A DNA stretch of 64,000 bases from Desulfurococcaceae archaeon (GTDB taxonomy: Archaea; Thermoproteota; Thermoprotei_A; Sulfolobales; Desulfurococcaceae), in contig JAWAJB010000002.1 in the NCBI GenBank assembly GCA_038888155.1, positions 160,001 through 224,000 on the forward strand, given 5' to 3'. Positions 9,965 through 18,784 of the stretch are shown here, in pieces (positions within the stretch are counted from its first letter, which is position 1; the number at the start of each line of letters is the position of its first letter). The notes beneath the pieces are model-generated. The model had not been told where the DNA came from and made no database searches. It was given only the letters and a program-made list of their open reading frames with translations. Both the position numbers and the translations under genes were made by a program.

Positions 9965-11049
9965 AGAAATAGACTTTTATATCTCCTACCTTGGAACGAA
10001 CCACGAAAGTTTAGCCTGTAACCGCAGCTGATGCACGTGAAATCTTCTTTTAGGTTCCACTTAAAAATAAAGAAGCCTCTCCTTTCAACTGCAAGGTTAC
10101 CGCACTTAGGACAATAAGTATTCTCGAGGGGATGTCCCCACAAATTTCCAATATAGACGTGCTTTAGGCCCTCTTCAAAAGCTACTTTTGCCAATCTCTC
10201 TAGAGTTTCGATAGGCGTTGCTGGAATCTCTTGGAGCATATAGTCTGGGTGAAATCTTAGCAGGTGTAGTGGCGTTTCTTCGCCAAGGTTTTCAACCATC
10301 CATCTCGCAAGATTCTTAACATCTTCCACTCTGTCACCAATTTCAGGTACTACTAGGTTCGTTATCTCAATCCACCAATCTTCTCTCTTCATTGCAATTA
10401 AGCTATCAAATATTGGGGCAGGGTCAGGCACCCCCATGTACTTTGCATAGAAATGCTTGTTTCCTCCTCCCTTAAAGTCCACAGTAGCTGCATCTACGAG
10501 GCCTCGTAGCTCTCTTATGCCCTCGGGGGTTATGTAGCCGTTGGTAACCATAGTGTTAAATAAACCATTTTTCTTAGCCAACGCGGCAACATCGTACATG
10601 AACTCGAAGAAAATAGTTGGTTCATTGTAACTGTAAGAAATCCCCTGGCACCCACTATGTTTTGCCTGATCTATTACGTCTTCAGGCTCGTATGGCTCTC
10701 CAAATACATTATTTTGTCTACTCTGGCTCAAAACCCAATTATCGCAAAACTTACAATAGAAGTTACAACCTGATGTCGAAATTGTGAAAACGGATGCCCC
10801 TGGATTAAAGTGCATTAATGGCTTTTTCTCGATTGGATCTGCATTGGCAGCCGTAAGTATACCATATACTAGAGTATACAAGTCACCATTATGATTGTAT
10901 CTTACTCCGCACGCCCCAAAAGAGCCAGGCTCTACAATACATCTGCGGTAGCAGAGATTACATCTTGCCCTTCCGTCTTGGCTCCTTACCCAAATTCTAC
11001 CTGGTAGAACGCCGGGCCTTTTAGGATCAAAAGCTACAGGGTTATACAT
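9961..11049 (-). CDS. amrS: AmmeMemoRadiSam system radical SAM enzyme
   Basis: CxxCxxxC N-terminus, DPIEKKPL, GCNFYCKFC, YNEPT, RFHPDY, NTYCPKC. Confidence 0.9.
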   Translation of the reverse strand: MYNPVAFDPKRPGVLPGRIWVRSQDGRARCNLCYRRCIVEPGSFGACGVRYNHNGDLYTLVYGILTAANADPIEKKPLMHFNPGASVFTISTSGCNFYCKFCDNWVLSQSRQNNVFGEPYEPEDVIDQAKHSGCQGISYSYNEPTIFFEFMYDVAALAKKNGLFNTMVTNGYITPEGIRELRGLVDAATVDFKGGGNKHFYAKYMGVPDPAPIFDSLIAMKREDWWIEITNLVVPEIGDRVEDVKNLARWMVENLGEETPLHLLRFHPDYMLQEIPATPIETLERLAKVAFEEGLKHVYIGNLWGHPLENTYCPKCGNLAVERRGFFIFKWNLKEDFTCISCGYRLNFRGSFQGRRYKSLFL

Positions 11050-11112
11050 TGATTTATCCCACGCCTTAATTACCCAACATTTTAATTTCTATAACTCACT
11101 AATATCTTTGGG

Positions 11113-12024
11113 GTGATTTATTTGGCCTTCGTTGTAGGCGTTCCTGGCTACTGGCTCGCCAAGGAGGTAGCTAATTTGTCAGGTTACTACTTTATTAATA
11201 GTCAAGAAAAGGAATTCCCGGACGGCGAGCTATATATTAGAGTCACCGAGCCGGATAAAATACATGATAATGATGGATTGATTGTCTCAACTTTTTACCC
11301 ATCTCAGGATAAAATGTTTTTAAAGACTCTTCTGCTAGTTAACGCCGTAAAGAACAGTGGTGCAAAAAAGGTATCAGCCCTTATACCCTATCTTGCCTAC
11401 TCCAGGCAGGATAAGGCATTTATGCCTGGAGAGCCTATATCATCTTGTGTAATTGTAGAATCCCTCAAGGCAGTTGGTGTGGACGTCCTGGTAACTGTTG
11501 ATGTTCACAGCCCTCGTGTGTTAGAGTGCTTCAAAGGCAACTCTATAAACGTAATTGTCTCAGACATTCTTATTAGGCGAGCTATGAGCAGCCTTGAAAA
11601 CCCTGTTGTTATTGCGCCAGATAGGGGAGCAATCGAGCGAGTTTCTTTTGCAGCTAATGCTTATGGGTTAGAATACGATTACTTAATTAAACAGAGGGAT
11701 AGAATAACGGGCGAGGTTACTTACACTCCTAAGGAGCTAAGCGTCAAGAAAAGGGATATCATAATGGTTGATGACATTATAAGTACAGGTGGCACAATAG
11801 CTGAATCGGCCAAGATTCTCCTGAGAAACGGAGCTAGAAGAATCATCGTTGTAGCAACTCACGGCTTGCTCGTCGGAAACGCGTTAGAAAGGCTTGAGTC
11901 TGCGGGAGTCCAGAAAGTAATTTTGGCCGATACACTAGGGATGAGGCACGTGCACTTCCTAGTGGATTATGTGAACATAACTCAGAGAATTGTAGATGAA
12001 TTAAAAAGAGCACTTAACTATTAA
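11113..12024 (+). CDS. prs: ribose-phosphate pyrophosphokinase (likely start TTG 11122)
   Basis: FPDGE, PYLAYSRQD, APDRGA, VDDIISTGGT. Confidence 0.95.
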   Translation: MIYLAFVVGVPGYWLAKEVANLSGYYFINSQEKEFPDGELYIRVTEPDKIHDNDGLIVSTFYPSQDKMFLKTLLLVNAVKNSGAKKVSALIPYLAYSRQDKAFMPGEPISSCVIVESLKAVGVDVLVTVDVHSPRVLECFKGNSINVIVSDILIRRAMSSLENPVVIAPDRGAIERVSFAANAYGLEYDYLIKQRDRITGEVTYTPKELSVKKRDIIMVDDIISTGGTIAESAKILLRNGARRIIVVATHGLLVGNALERLESAGVQKVILADTLGMRHVHFLVDYVNITQRIVDELKRALNY

Positions 12025-12137
12025 ATTATTAATAATTAATCATAATAAAATTTAAAAGTACGAGCTTCACACGAAATATAGATTCTATGTTGGGAATAAT
12101 CTTTACACACTTGTGCGATTTAAATAGGTGTCAATTA

Positions 12138-13115
12138 TTGAAAGTATACTATGTATTGAGTGGCAGTAATGAGCACCTTGCACAAGGCGAGTTGAGGGCT
12201 CTACTCGACGTATACGACCCAAATTCTAAGCTAGAGTGCTATACAATGGTATGTACGTCTACAACTGGTATTGACGTGGCCTCAAGAATTATTAAAAGGG
12301 CAGGATTCGTAAAGGAAGCAGGCATTTTGCTTGACATCAAAGAGGCTTACCTCCCATCAGAGGCTAGATTTGCAGGGGAAATCTTCGAGGATAGAGAAGT
12401 TCAAGTCACTGTAAATAAATCAACAGTTAGTGAAAAAGCCGTAAAAGCGTTCCTCGAGGAGGCCAGATTGAGAAAGAGAATTTACGGAGATTGCAATCGA
12501 AGGCTTATTTTCTCTGAAGGGCTCGTCTTCATTGGCGTGAAAAAGCTCGTGTATAACTCCAAAATTAAGTCTATGTTTTCTAGGATAAAGCCTTTTAATA
12601 GAAGTGCCGCAATTCCACCAGACATCGCACAGGCATTGGTTAATCTATCGAGGGTACATGAGAGGGATATAGTAGTCGATCCATTCGCAGGAACTGGCAG
12701 CATTCTACTCGTTGCGTGGCTAATGGGTATTAGGGGGATTGGTGTTGATATCGATTGGAACCTTGTTAATGGAATGAAGACCAATTTGGAATTCATTAAA
12801 GCTAATAGCTTGGCTATCTGCGGCGACTCCCAACAACTCTCCTACAGGGAGATAGAACATATAGCCACCGATTTACCATATGGAAGAAGTGCGGGCACTC
12901 ATGGATCCGAAATAAGAGCTCTTTACAAATCCTTTATGAATAAATTAGACGAGTACATGGGAGAGGGAGGATATGCCTGCTTTATGGCACCTCACTGGCT
13001 TGAGGACTACATTGACGAACTCGTTAGCTCTCATAGTTTAAAGTTAAAAAACAGATATTACGACTATGTTCATGGATCACTGACAAGGGTCATCAATGTG
13101 GTGTCGAGGCATTGA
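12138..13115 (+). CDS. tRNA (guanine(10)-N2)-methyltransferase, Trm11/TrmG10-like
   Basis: DPFAGTGS SAM motif and TDLPYG; start set at the TTG behind AGGTG (ORF track opens at 12087). Confidence 0.8.
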   Translation: MKVYYVLSGSNEHLAQGELRALLDVYDPNSKLECYTMVCTSTTGIDVASRIIKRAGFVKEAGILLDIKEAYLPSEARFAGEIFEDREVQVTVNKSTVSEKAVKAFLEEARLRKRIYGDCNRRLIFSEGLVFIGVKKLVYNSKIKSMFSRIKPFNRSAAIPPDIAQALVNLSRVHERDIVVDPFAGTGSILLVAWLMGIRGIGVDIDWNLVNGMKTNLEFIKANSLAICGDSQQLSYREIEHIATDLPYGRSAGTHGSEIRALYKSFMNKLDEYMGEGGYACFMAPHWLEDYIDELVSSHSLKLKNRYYDYVHGSLTRVINVVSRH

Positions 13116-13861
13116 ATGCTCGAATACACTTTCTCGGAACAGGCGCAGCTATGCCAATAAAAAGGTCTTTGCCGTGCATTGTAATAAAGGTAAATTCGGA
13201 CCTATACGTACTTGATCCAGGTGAAGGATGTCAATATAGGATGTTCAAGAGGGGACTTAGTCCACTAAAGATAAAAGCCATATTCATTTCCCACGGTCAC
13301 GGAGATCACTACCTCGGGATGCCAGGACTAATACAGACAATGACTCTATCGGAAAGAAAAGATCAATTGATGATAGCTTTCCCGACTTCGTTAAAGCAAT
13401 CATTACAGAATTTCGTCTTGTCGGGCTTAATAAAACCTTGCTTTAAGCTAGAGCTGGCCGAGGTGAATAGCTCCTTTACTTATGCCGATCAAAAAATACA
13501 AGCTAAGGCATTTCCTGTAGATCATGGAGTAGAGGCCTATGGATATTGGTTCTCAATAGGAAAGAAAACAATTTGTTATTCGGGAGATACTGCTCCGACC
13601 CAAAGCGTAGTAGAGAACTGTCGAGGGGTAGATATTTTAATACATGAAGCTACTTTTACAAATGTGTATGAAAAAGAGGCATATGAACAAAAGCACTCCA
13701 CTGCCGGTAGCGCTGCAAGAACAGCTGCACTATCTGGGGCTAAAATGCTGATACTAGTGCACATGAGCGCAAGACACGAGAATGGCGAGATTTTTTTTGA
13801 TGCATATAGATTTTACAGAAACACAGTTGTTGCAAACGATGAAATGATAGTCATATTGTAG
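13112..13861 (+). CDS. rnz: ribonuclease Z
   Basis: FLGTG, DPGEG, SHGHGDH, YSGDT, IHEATF, HST, VHMSAR. Confidence 0.88.
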   Translation: MNARIHFLGTGAAMPIKRSLPCIVIKVNSDLYVLDPGEGCQYRMFKRGLSPLKIKAIFISHGHGDHYLGMPGLIQTMTLSERKDQLMIAFPTSLKQSLQNFVLSGLIKPCFKLELAEVNSSFTYADQKIQAKAFPVDHGVEAYGYWFSIGKKTICYSGDTAPTQSVVENCRGVDILIHEATFTNVYEKEAYEQKHSTAGSAARTAALSGAKMLILVHMSARHENGEIFFDAYRFYRNTVVANDEMIVIL

Positions 13862-13872
13862 CGTTGAAACAG

Positions 13873-14277
13873 TTAATCCCTTTCACTGGTTAGGTAGTCG
13901 ATTAGCTTTTCAAGTTCTTCTGGCCTTCCTCTAGCCTCGATCTTTATTGGTCCTAGCGGAGACTCCTTCTCGCTGTCTATTAGCGAAATCTTATCGGCAA
14001 AAGCAGCTTGTTTGTGAAGTAAAAGGGTTAATTCGCCATTTGAAATGTGCTTATACGAGTAGTTTCGCACTGCAGGCCCTATCTGCTGAGCCTTTATTTT
14101 TCTTCTAAAGGGCTCCAAACAATCCATGACTTGACATTTAATTCTTACTAGCTTAAAGCCGCTGAAGATCTCTTCGATTTCAATATTTTCGAGAAAAACT
14201 AAATTCGCCAAGGCCCTCTTTACTTTATCCACAGACTCTGTTGGCTTTACATGGGTTTCAACAATGATCTCCACCAT
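13873..14277 (-). CDS. UPF0201/DUF54 putative RNA-binding protein
   Basis: PTES..KV..AL, HKQAAF, ESPLGPI. Confidence 0.85.
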   Translation of the reverse strand: MVEIIVETHVKPTESVDKVKRALANLVFLENIEIEEIFSGFKLVRIKCQVMDCLEPFRRKIKAQQIGPAVRNYSYKHISNGELTLLLHKQAAFADKISLIDSEKESPLGPIKIEARGRPEELEKLIDYLTSERD

Positions 14278-14842
14278 TATCTTTCACCAACTTGGATGAT
14301 ATATCACTTAAAATAGACCTCATTACGATTTTTGCTTCGTCTATAGTACCCTCGTTAACAATCATGTAATCGGCAAGGGCTATAACGTTTCCCAAACCGT
14401 AGCCTAGTTCGATTAAGTCTCTGCTAGAAAATTCTTCATATGTTGACGGATCCCCAGGCCTTTTTCTTTCTAATAGTCGCTTAAATCTTGTCCTAGGAGA
14501 CGCGTGTACAGCTATTACAACAGTCTCACCGCGCGCCCTAAAGGCCTCTACTTCTCCTAGGCTTCTCACACCATCTATAAGTACAACACTGTGTTGACCT
14601 TCAATTTTTGATAAAGTTCTCAGCGCTATTATATCATCCCCCCACTCTCTGCGCAGATCTACCGAAGTCCCAACCATTAAATCGGGTGTTATCTTGCCAA
14701 ACCTCTTCAAGGTCTCTTCTCTAACAACATCGCCCATCGTGTAAACAGGTATCCCCATCTCTCTCGCTACCTCGGTTAAAATACTTTTGCCTGCCCCCGG
14801 CATGCCCGCAACAAGTAAATAAAGATTAGCCATGGGTCCCAC
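14258..14842 (-). CDS. UPF0200 P-loop kinase (dephospho-CoA kinase-like)
   Basis: GMPGAGKS, MGDVVRE, IDGVRS, RD..ELG.G. Confidence 0.85.
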   Translation of the reverse strand: MGPMANLYLLVAGMPGAGKSILTEVAREMGIPVYTMGDVVREETLKRFGKITPDLMVGTSVDLRREWGDDIIALRTLSKIEGQHSVVLIDGVRSLGEVEAFRARGETVVIAVHASPRTRFKRLLERKRPGDPSTYEEFSSRDLIELGYGLGNVIALADYMIVNEGTIDEAKIVMRSILSDISSKLVKDNGGDHC

Positions 14843-14923
14843 AGAAGGTCTATCCTGCAGACAAAATTCATATTATCGCTTAAATAAGATAAGTTTTCAT
14901 TATTTTACTTGTAAGTGCGCAGT

Positions 14924-14970
14924 AGTCAGGGAATTACTGCGGGTGGGTTGAGCTCGAAGCATCATCATCG
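14924..14970 (-). ncRNA. candidate C/D box sRNA
   Basis: minus strand C box ATGATGA (14968-14962) and D box CTGA (14929-14926); TTATAA at 14990-14995 about 25 nt upstream; internal boxes degenerate. Confidence 0.45.
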
Positions 14971-15546
14971 GTGAAGCATATGAGTGAGCTTATAAGGACA
15001 TTTATAGCTATTGAAGTCGAAAATAGGGAAGTCTTAGAGAAGCTCGTCGAGGTTAGAAATCAACTACTGGAATCGGGAGCTGATATTAAACCTGTAGAAG
15101 ATAAGAACATTCACTTGACAATCAAGTTCATAGGTGAAGTACCTCAGAGCACTGTAGAGCTACTGTGTAGCGAAATATCTAAGATAAAGTACCCGCGATT
15201 CTATATACATATTAAAGGTATAGGCGCTTTCCCGACCGAATATCGCCCGAGGGTTATATGGGCTGGTGTAGAGGAGGGATCAGATAAGGTTGTCGATCTT
15301 TTCAAAGTTGTTGACTCGATCGCACGAAAAATTAAAATTACGGGTGAAAAGGAGGAGTTCACACCGCATATAACCATAGCTAGAGTGAAAACCTCGAAGA
15401 ACGTAAACAGGCTAGTTGCCAAACTAAGAGATCTTGCGAATGTGGATTTCGGTAATAGTAATGTAAGCGGCATACACGTTAAAAGAAGCGTACTAACTCC
15501 AAGTGGACCAATCTATAGCAACTTGTGTAGTGTCTATTTCTCGTAG
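14971..15546 (+). CDS. thpR: RNA 2',3'-cyclic phosphodiesterase (2H family; likely start ATG 14980)
   Basis: RTFIA, HLTIKF and PHITIAR 2H motifs, GPIY. Confidence 0.93.
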   Translation: MKHMSELIRTFIAIEVENREVLEKLVEVRNQLLESGADIKPVEDKNIHLTIKFIGEVPQSTVELLCSEISKIKYPRFYIHIKGIGAFPTEYRPRVIWAGVEEGSDKVVDLFKVVDSIARKIKITGEKEEFTPHITIARVKTSKNVNRLVAKLRDLANVDFGNSNVSGIHVKRSVLTPSGPIYSNLCSVYFS

Positions 15547-15549
15547 AAT

Positions 15550-16971
15550 ATGTGGTCAAGGATGCACAGTCTAAGCGATTTAGAGCGGCAAATTTTAATG
15601 AAAATCAAGCCCTCTCACGATGAGTATAGGCTCATACTAGGCAGTTTTGAAAAAATATCTGATGTTATTAAGGCAGTACTCGCCGAGAATAACATCAGCG
15701 CCGAAGTAACTTTACAAGGTAGCGTCGCACACGATACATGGCTCTCCGGGGACTGGGATCTGGACATCTTCGTTCTTTTCCCGGAGAAATGGACACGCGA
15801 AGACATCGAGAAAGAAGGATTTCGACTGCTTCTAGAATCAGCCAAGAGGATTGGAAATTATGAACTTAGGTATGCCGAGCATCCCTATATACGAGTAAAA
15901 CTTGGAAAAGTAGAAGCAGATTTAGTCCCCGCGCTAAATTTAAGCGATCTATCTGCAACAAAAACTTCTGTTGACAGAACGCCATTTCACACAAAGTACA
16001 TAAATGCAACACTAAGTGACGAACAGAAAGATCATGTTAGATTACTTAAGAAATTTATGAAGGCAATTGGTGTATATGGGGCCGAAGTTAAAACACATGG
16101 TTTTAGCGGATATGCAGTAGAGCTTTTAATTGGTGTATATGGAGACTTTAAATCAACTCTAAAAGAGGCATCTACGTGGCAACCTCCCATCTTTATAAAT
16201 ACCATGGGCGAAAGTTTCACTAAGGAAATTAAAGACTTACTTTTGTCAAGATATCCAGACTCATACATCTACATGCCAGATCCAGTTGATCCAAGGAGAA
16301 ATCTTGGAGCTAGTGTAAGTTTGAAAAGTTTGGCAACCTTTATCCTTGCTTCATGGTGCTATATGAGAAACCCAAGTGTAGAGTTTTTTGTGGAGACAAT
16401 AGAGCCCTCATTGGAAGATCTTGTCAATATTTTAGATAAGCGGTGCATTTTATTCGTCATATACGAACTACCTGAAGCTTTGCCTCCAGATGTAATATGG
16501 GGCGAAATCCAAAGAGTTTCGTCCAGGCTGTCCAACTACCTAGAAATATTTGGGCTAAACGTGGTCGATCATTCTGTTTGGAGTAATGGCAAAGATATAG
16601 CAATAATAGGAATTGAATTAGAGAGCTGTTGGTTGAGTAGCTACAAACTTTACAGGGGACCTTGCATATCTCACGAAAAGGAGAGGATAACGAACTTCAT
16701 CCAAGCACATCTCGGAAAGGGTTACGGACCTTGGATCGATAGGGATGGATGTTTAAGTTCGTTAGATAGACGTAGGTATACTGATGCAGTCGAGTTAATT
16801 ACTTCAAGGTGGAAGGATTACAGCGTTTCTCCTCACTTAAAGAACTTAAAGCCCACAGTAGAGGTGGCAAGTAAAGATGTAGTAATAGACTTATTAATGA
16901 AGGGTGCAGGTGCATGGCTTTCAGAGTTCGCTTCGAAGATGCCGAAGTGGATGGAGAAGTGCATTTCTTAG
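15550..16971 (+). CDS. cca: CCA-adding tRNA nucleotidyltransferase (class I)
   Basis: GSVAHDTWL..DLDIF, YAEHPY, VDRTPFH, GFSGY, DPVDPRRN. Confidence 0.95.
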   Translation: MWSRMHSLSDLERQILMKIKPSHDEYRLILGSFEKISDVIKAVLAENNISAEVTLQGSVAHDTWLSGDWDLDIFVLFPEKWTREDIEKEGFRLLLESAKRIGNYELRYAEHPYIRVKLGKVEADLVPALNLSDLSATKTSVDRTPFHTKYINATLSDEQKDHVRLLKKFMKAIGVYGAEVKTHGFSGYAVELLIGVYGDFKSTLKEASTWQPPIFINTMGESFTKEIKDLLLSRYPDSYIYMPDPVDPRRNLGASVSLKSLATFILASWCYMRNPSVEFFVETIEPSLEDLVNILDKRCILFVIYELPEALPPDVIWGEIQRVSSRLSNYLEIFGLNVVDHSVWSNGKDIAIIGIELESCWLSSYKLYRGPCISHEKERITNFIQAHLGKGYGPWIDRDGCLSSLDRRRYTDAVELITSRWKDYSVSPHLKNLKPTVEVASKDVVIDLLMKGAGAWLSEFASKMPKWMEKCIS

Positions 16972-17723
16972 GTGGTGAAGACTCTTTTATACAACAAGTG
17001 TTATGTTACCCTAGAGCACAATGCGTAGAAGCAGAGGATAGAATCGAAGCTCTAAAAAGCGACGGATTTGAATACTTAATCGAAAGTGGTAAAAATATAT
17101 GTGGTTTAAGGGTCCTTGGGAGAGGCTACAGGGCCATCGTTGTTCTAGCTTACCATAAAAGACATGGGTTGGGCTCGTTAAAAATATTGCGACTTGATAG
17201 CACAAAGAGTAACTTATTGGAAGAAGTCAATATGATGAATAGAGCTCAGCCATTTCAGTTGCCGCCAAAGCTTTACTCTTATGGTGATTTCTACATATTC
17301 TCAGAACTTATACCAGTTCAAAAGTGTAGAGAGTTCTCAAAGGCTCTTCAAAATTTAATCAAATCCTCCAATGAAAAGGAACTAATCAAGTTACTCAAAA
17401 GAACAACGGAATCACTCTACAAGTTAGATGTTGCTGGCATTAGTCACATGGAAATAAACAGACCCGATGGACACATATTCTGTTGTAGAGAAGATTTGAA
17501 AATAGTTGACTGGGGTAGCGCACGCTTAACAAAAAAGCCATCTAATCTAACTTCGCTTGTTTCATTTTTGTTATTTAGATTCGAGCTCTCCAACGATTTG
17601 GGGAGAATTCTGGGGTTTAACAAAGAGAAGGTAGTTGATGCTATGCGAGAATATAAGAGAAGTTATAATATCGAAGAATTTAGGAAGGTATTGGCGGCAC
17701 TACATCTCGATGAGACATCATAG
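16914..17723 (+). CDS. predicted Ser/Thr protein kinase (RIO-like, commonly next to cca)
   Basis: LGRGYRAIV Gly loop, LKI, GISHMEI, IVDWGSA. Confidence 0.75.
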   Translation: MAFRVRFEDAEVDGEVHFLGGEDSFIQQVLCYPRAQCVEAEDRIEALKSDGFEYLIESGKNICGLRVLGRGYRAIVVLAYHKRHGLGSLKILRLDSTKSNLLEEVNMMNRAQPFQLPPKLYSYGDFYIFSELIPVQKCREFSKALQNLIKSSNEKELIKLLKRTTESLYKLDVAGISHMEINRPDGHIFCCREDLKIVDWGSARLTKKPSNLTSLVSFLLFRFELSNDLGRILGFNKEKVVDAMREYKRSYNIEEFRKVLAALHLDETS

Positions 17724-17958
17724 GCGTTGGCAATGCTTTGCGAGCTTGTGGTTGTGGATGCCCGATTGATGTCTTTACAACTATAGTCTCCTTGAAGTTT
17801 CGCGATGGATTATCTAGTGTCTTTTTGCACGAAGGACAAATGTACCCTATAAGTTTCACGACCTCGATGGGCGTTGGTACACCAATGTAACTTTGACCAA
17901 CTCCCTTGAATTCGTAGAGTACTTGTCCACAGTGTTTACACTTATACCTTATAACCAA
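17680..17958 (-). CDS. small Zn-ribbon protein
   Basis: CKHCG and CPSC; TTG at 17958 behind AGGGGG (ORF track opens at 18039). Confidence 0.7.
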   Translation of the reverse strand: MVIRYKCKHCGQVLYEFKGVGQSYIGVPTPIEVVKLIGYICPSCKKTLDNPSRNFKETIVVKTSIGHPQPQARKALPTPMMSHRDVVPPIPS

Positions 17959-18185
17959 AGAAATCCCCCTGACTTTTGCAAATAAGCATATGAATGATTT
18001 TGGGCTAAATTGTAGTATTGGTAATACATGTATTGACACAATTAAATGGGACCAAGTATAGTCGATTGGTGTTATTTAGATATTTACACATTGACATAAA
18101 GCATTATAGGGGGGAAGCTTTAAGTATAGGTAGGAATAGCCGAAAGTATTTTTGAATTCAGCATAGTGGAATATAATAGTTAAAC

Positions 18186-18192
18186 TTTTAAA
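18186..18192 (+). promoter_or_regulatory. TATA box of the tRNA-Pro gene
   Basis: TTTTAAA about 30 nt upstream of the tRNA 5' end. Confidence 0.55.
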
Positions 18193-18219
18193 TTGCCCCG
18201 AGAATACCTAAAAGCGCTG

Positions 18220-18324
18220 GGGGCCGTAGTCTAGCCTGGCTAGGATGCCGGCCTGGGGGGAACGCCCCCGATGCCAGGTTTCCCGGAACGCCGGTGATCC
18301 CGGGTTCAAATCCCGGCGGCCCCA
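18220..18324 (+). tRNA. tRNA-Pro(GGG) with a 30-nt intron at position 37/38 (18259-18288)
   Basis: acceptor stem GGGGCCG/CGGCCCC plus discriminator A; anticodon stem CCGGC/GCCGG; T arm CCGGG-TTCAAAT-CCCGG; bulge-helix-bulge from CTGG pairing with CCGG and 3-nt bulges GGG and AAC; CCA not encoded. Confidence 0.95.
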
Positions 18325-18379
18325 TAACAAAACATATATTTAAGACCCTTTGGAGTGGTGTTTTTGGAGGAGGATGTTT

Positions 18380-18640
18380 ATGGACAGAGAAGCGAATGAA
18401 GTAAAATTTGCAGTCAAAGTAGGCGAAAAAGAGATTTACCTCAATGAAGATGTACTCAGGACTATCCACGAGTACATAAAAACACCCATGAGCCTTGAGG
18501 ACTTGGCAAGAAGGTTAAACCTAGAGAGTTGGGAGGAAGCATACGACTTCATAAAGGCGATCCCCCTATGGGTTATATGGACCCCCCCATCGCTGTGGGG
18601 CTATAGGGCTAAATGGGTCTCGAAAGAAAAGCAGCCTTAA
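18380..18640 (+). CDS. conserved hypothetical protein, possibly helix-turn-helix
   Basis: GGAGGAGG SD before ATG; MSLEDLARRLNLESWEEAYDF. Confidence 0.7.
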   Translation: MDREANEVKFAVKVGEKEIYLNEDVLRTIHEYIKTPMSLEDLARRLNLESWEEAYDFIKAIPLWVIWTPPSLWGYRAKWVSKEKQP

Positions 18641-18784
18641 TTCATTTTCAGGACCTAACTTTCAAACTTCTATGAGCTTAATAGGTTAACTTTCGAAACT
18701 TTTACCTTGTGAAGAAAATAAATTTAACTGTTATCTTGGGCGATCAACCCTGCATATTTCGATGTACAACTTATAAATCTCTTG

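Noticed and set aside
18188-18469. 93-aa minus-strand ORF containing GPPGFEPG
   Set aside because: It is the antisense reading of the tRNA-Pro gene
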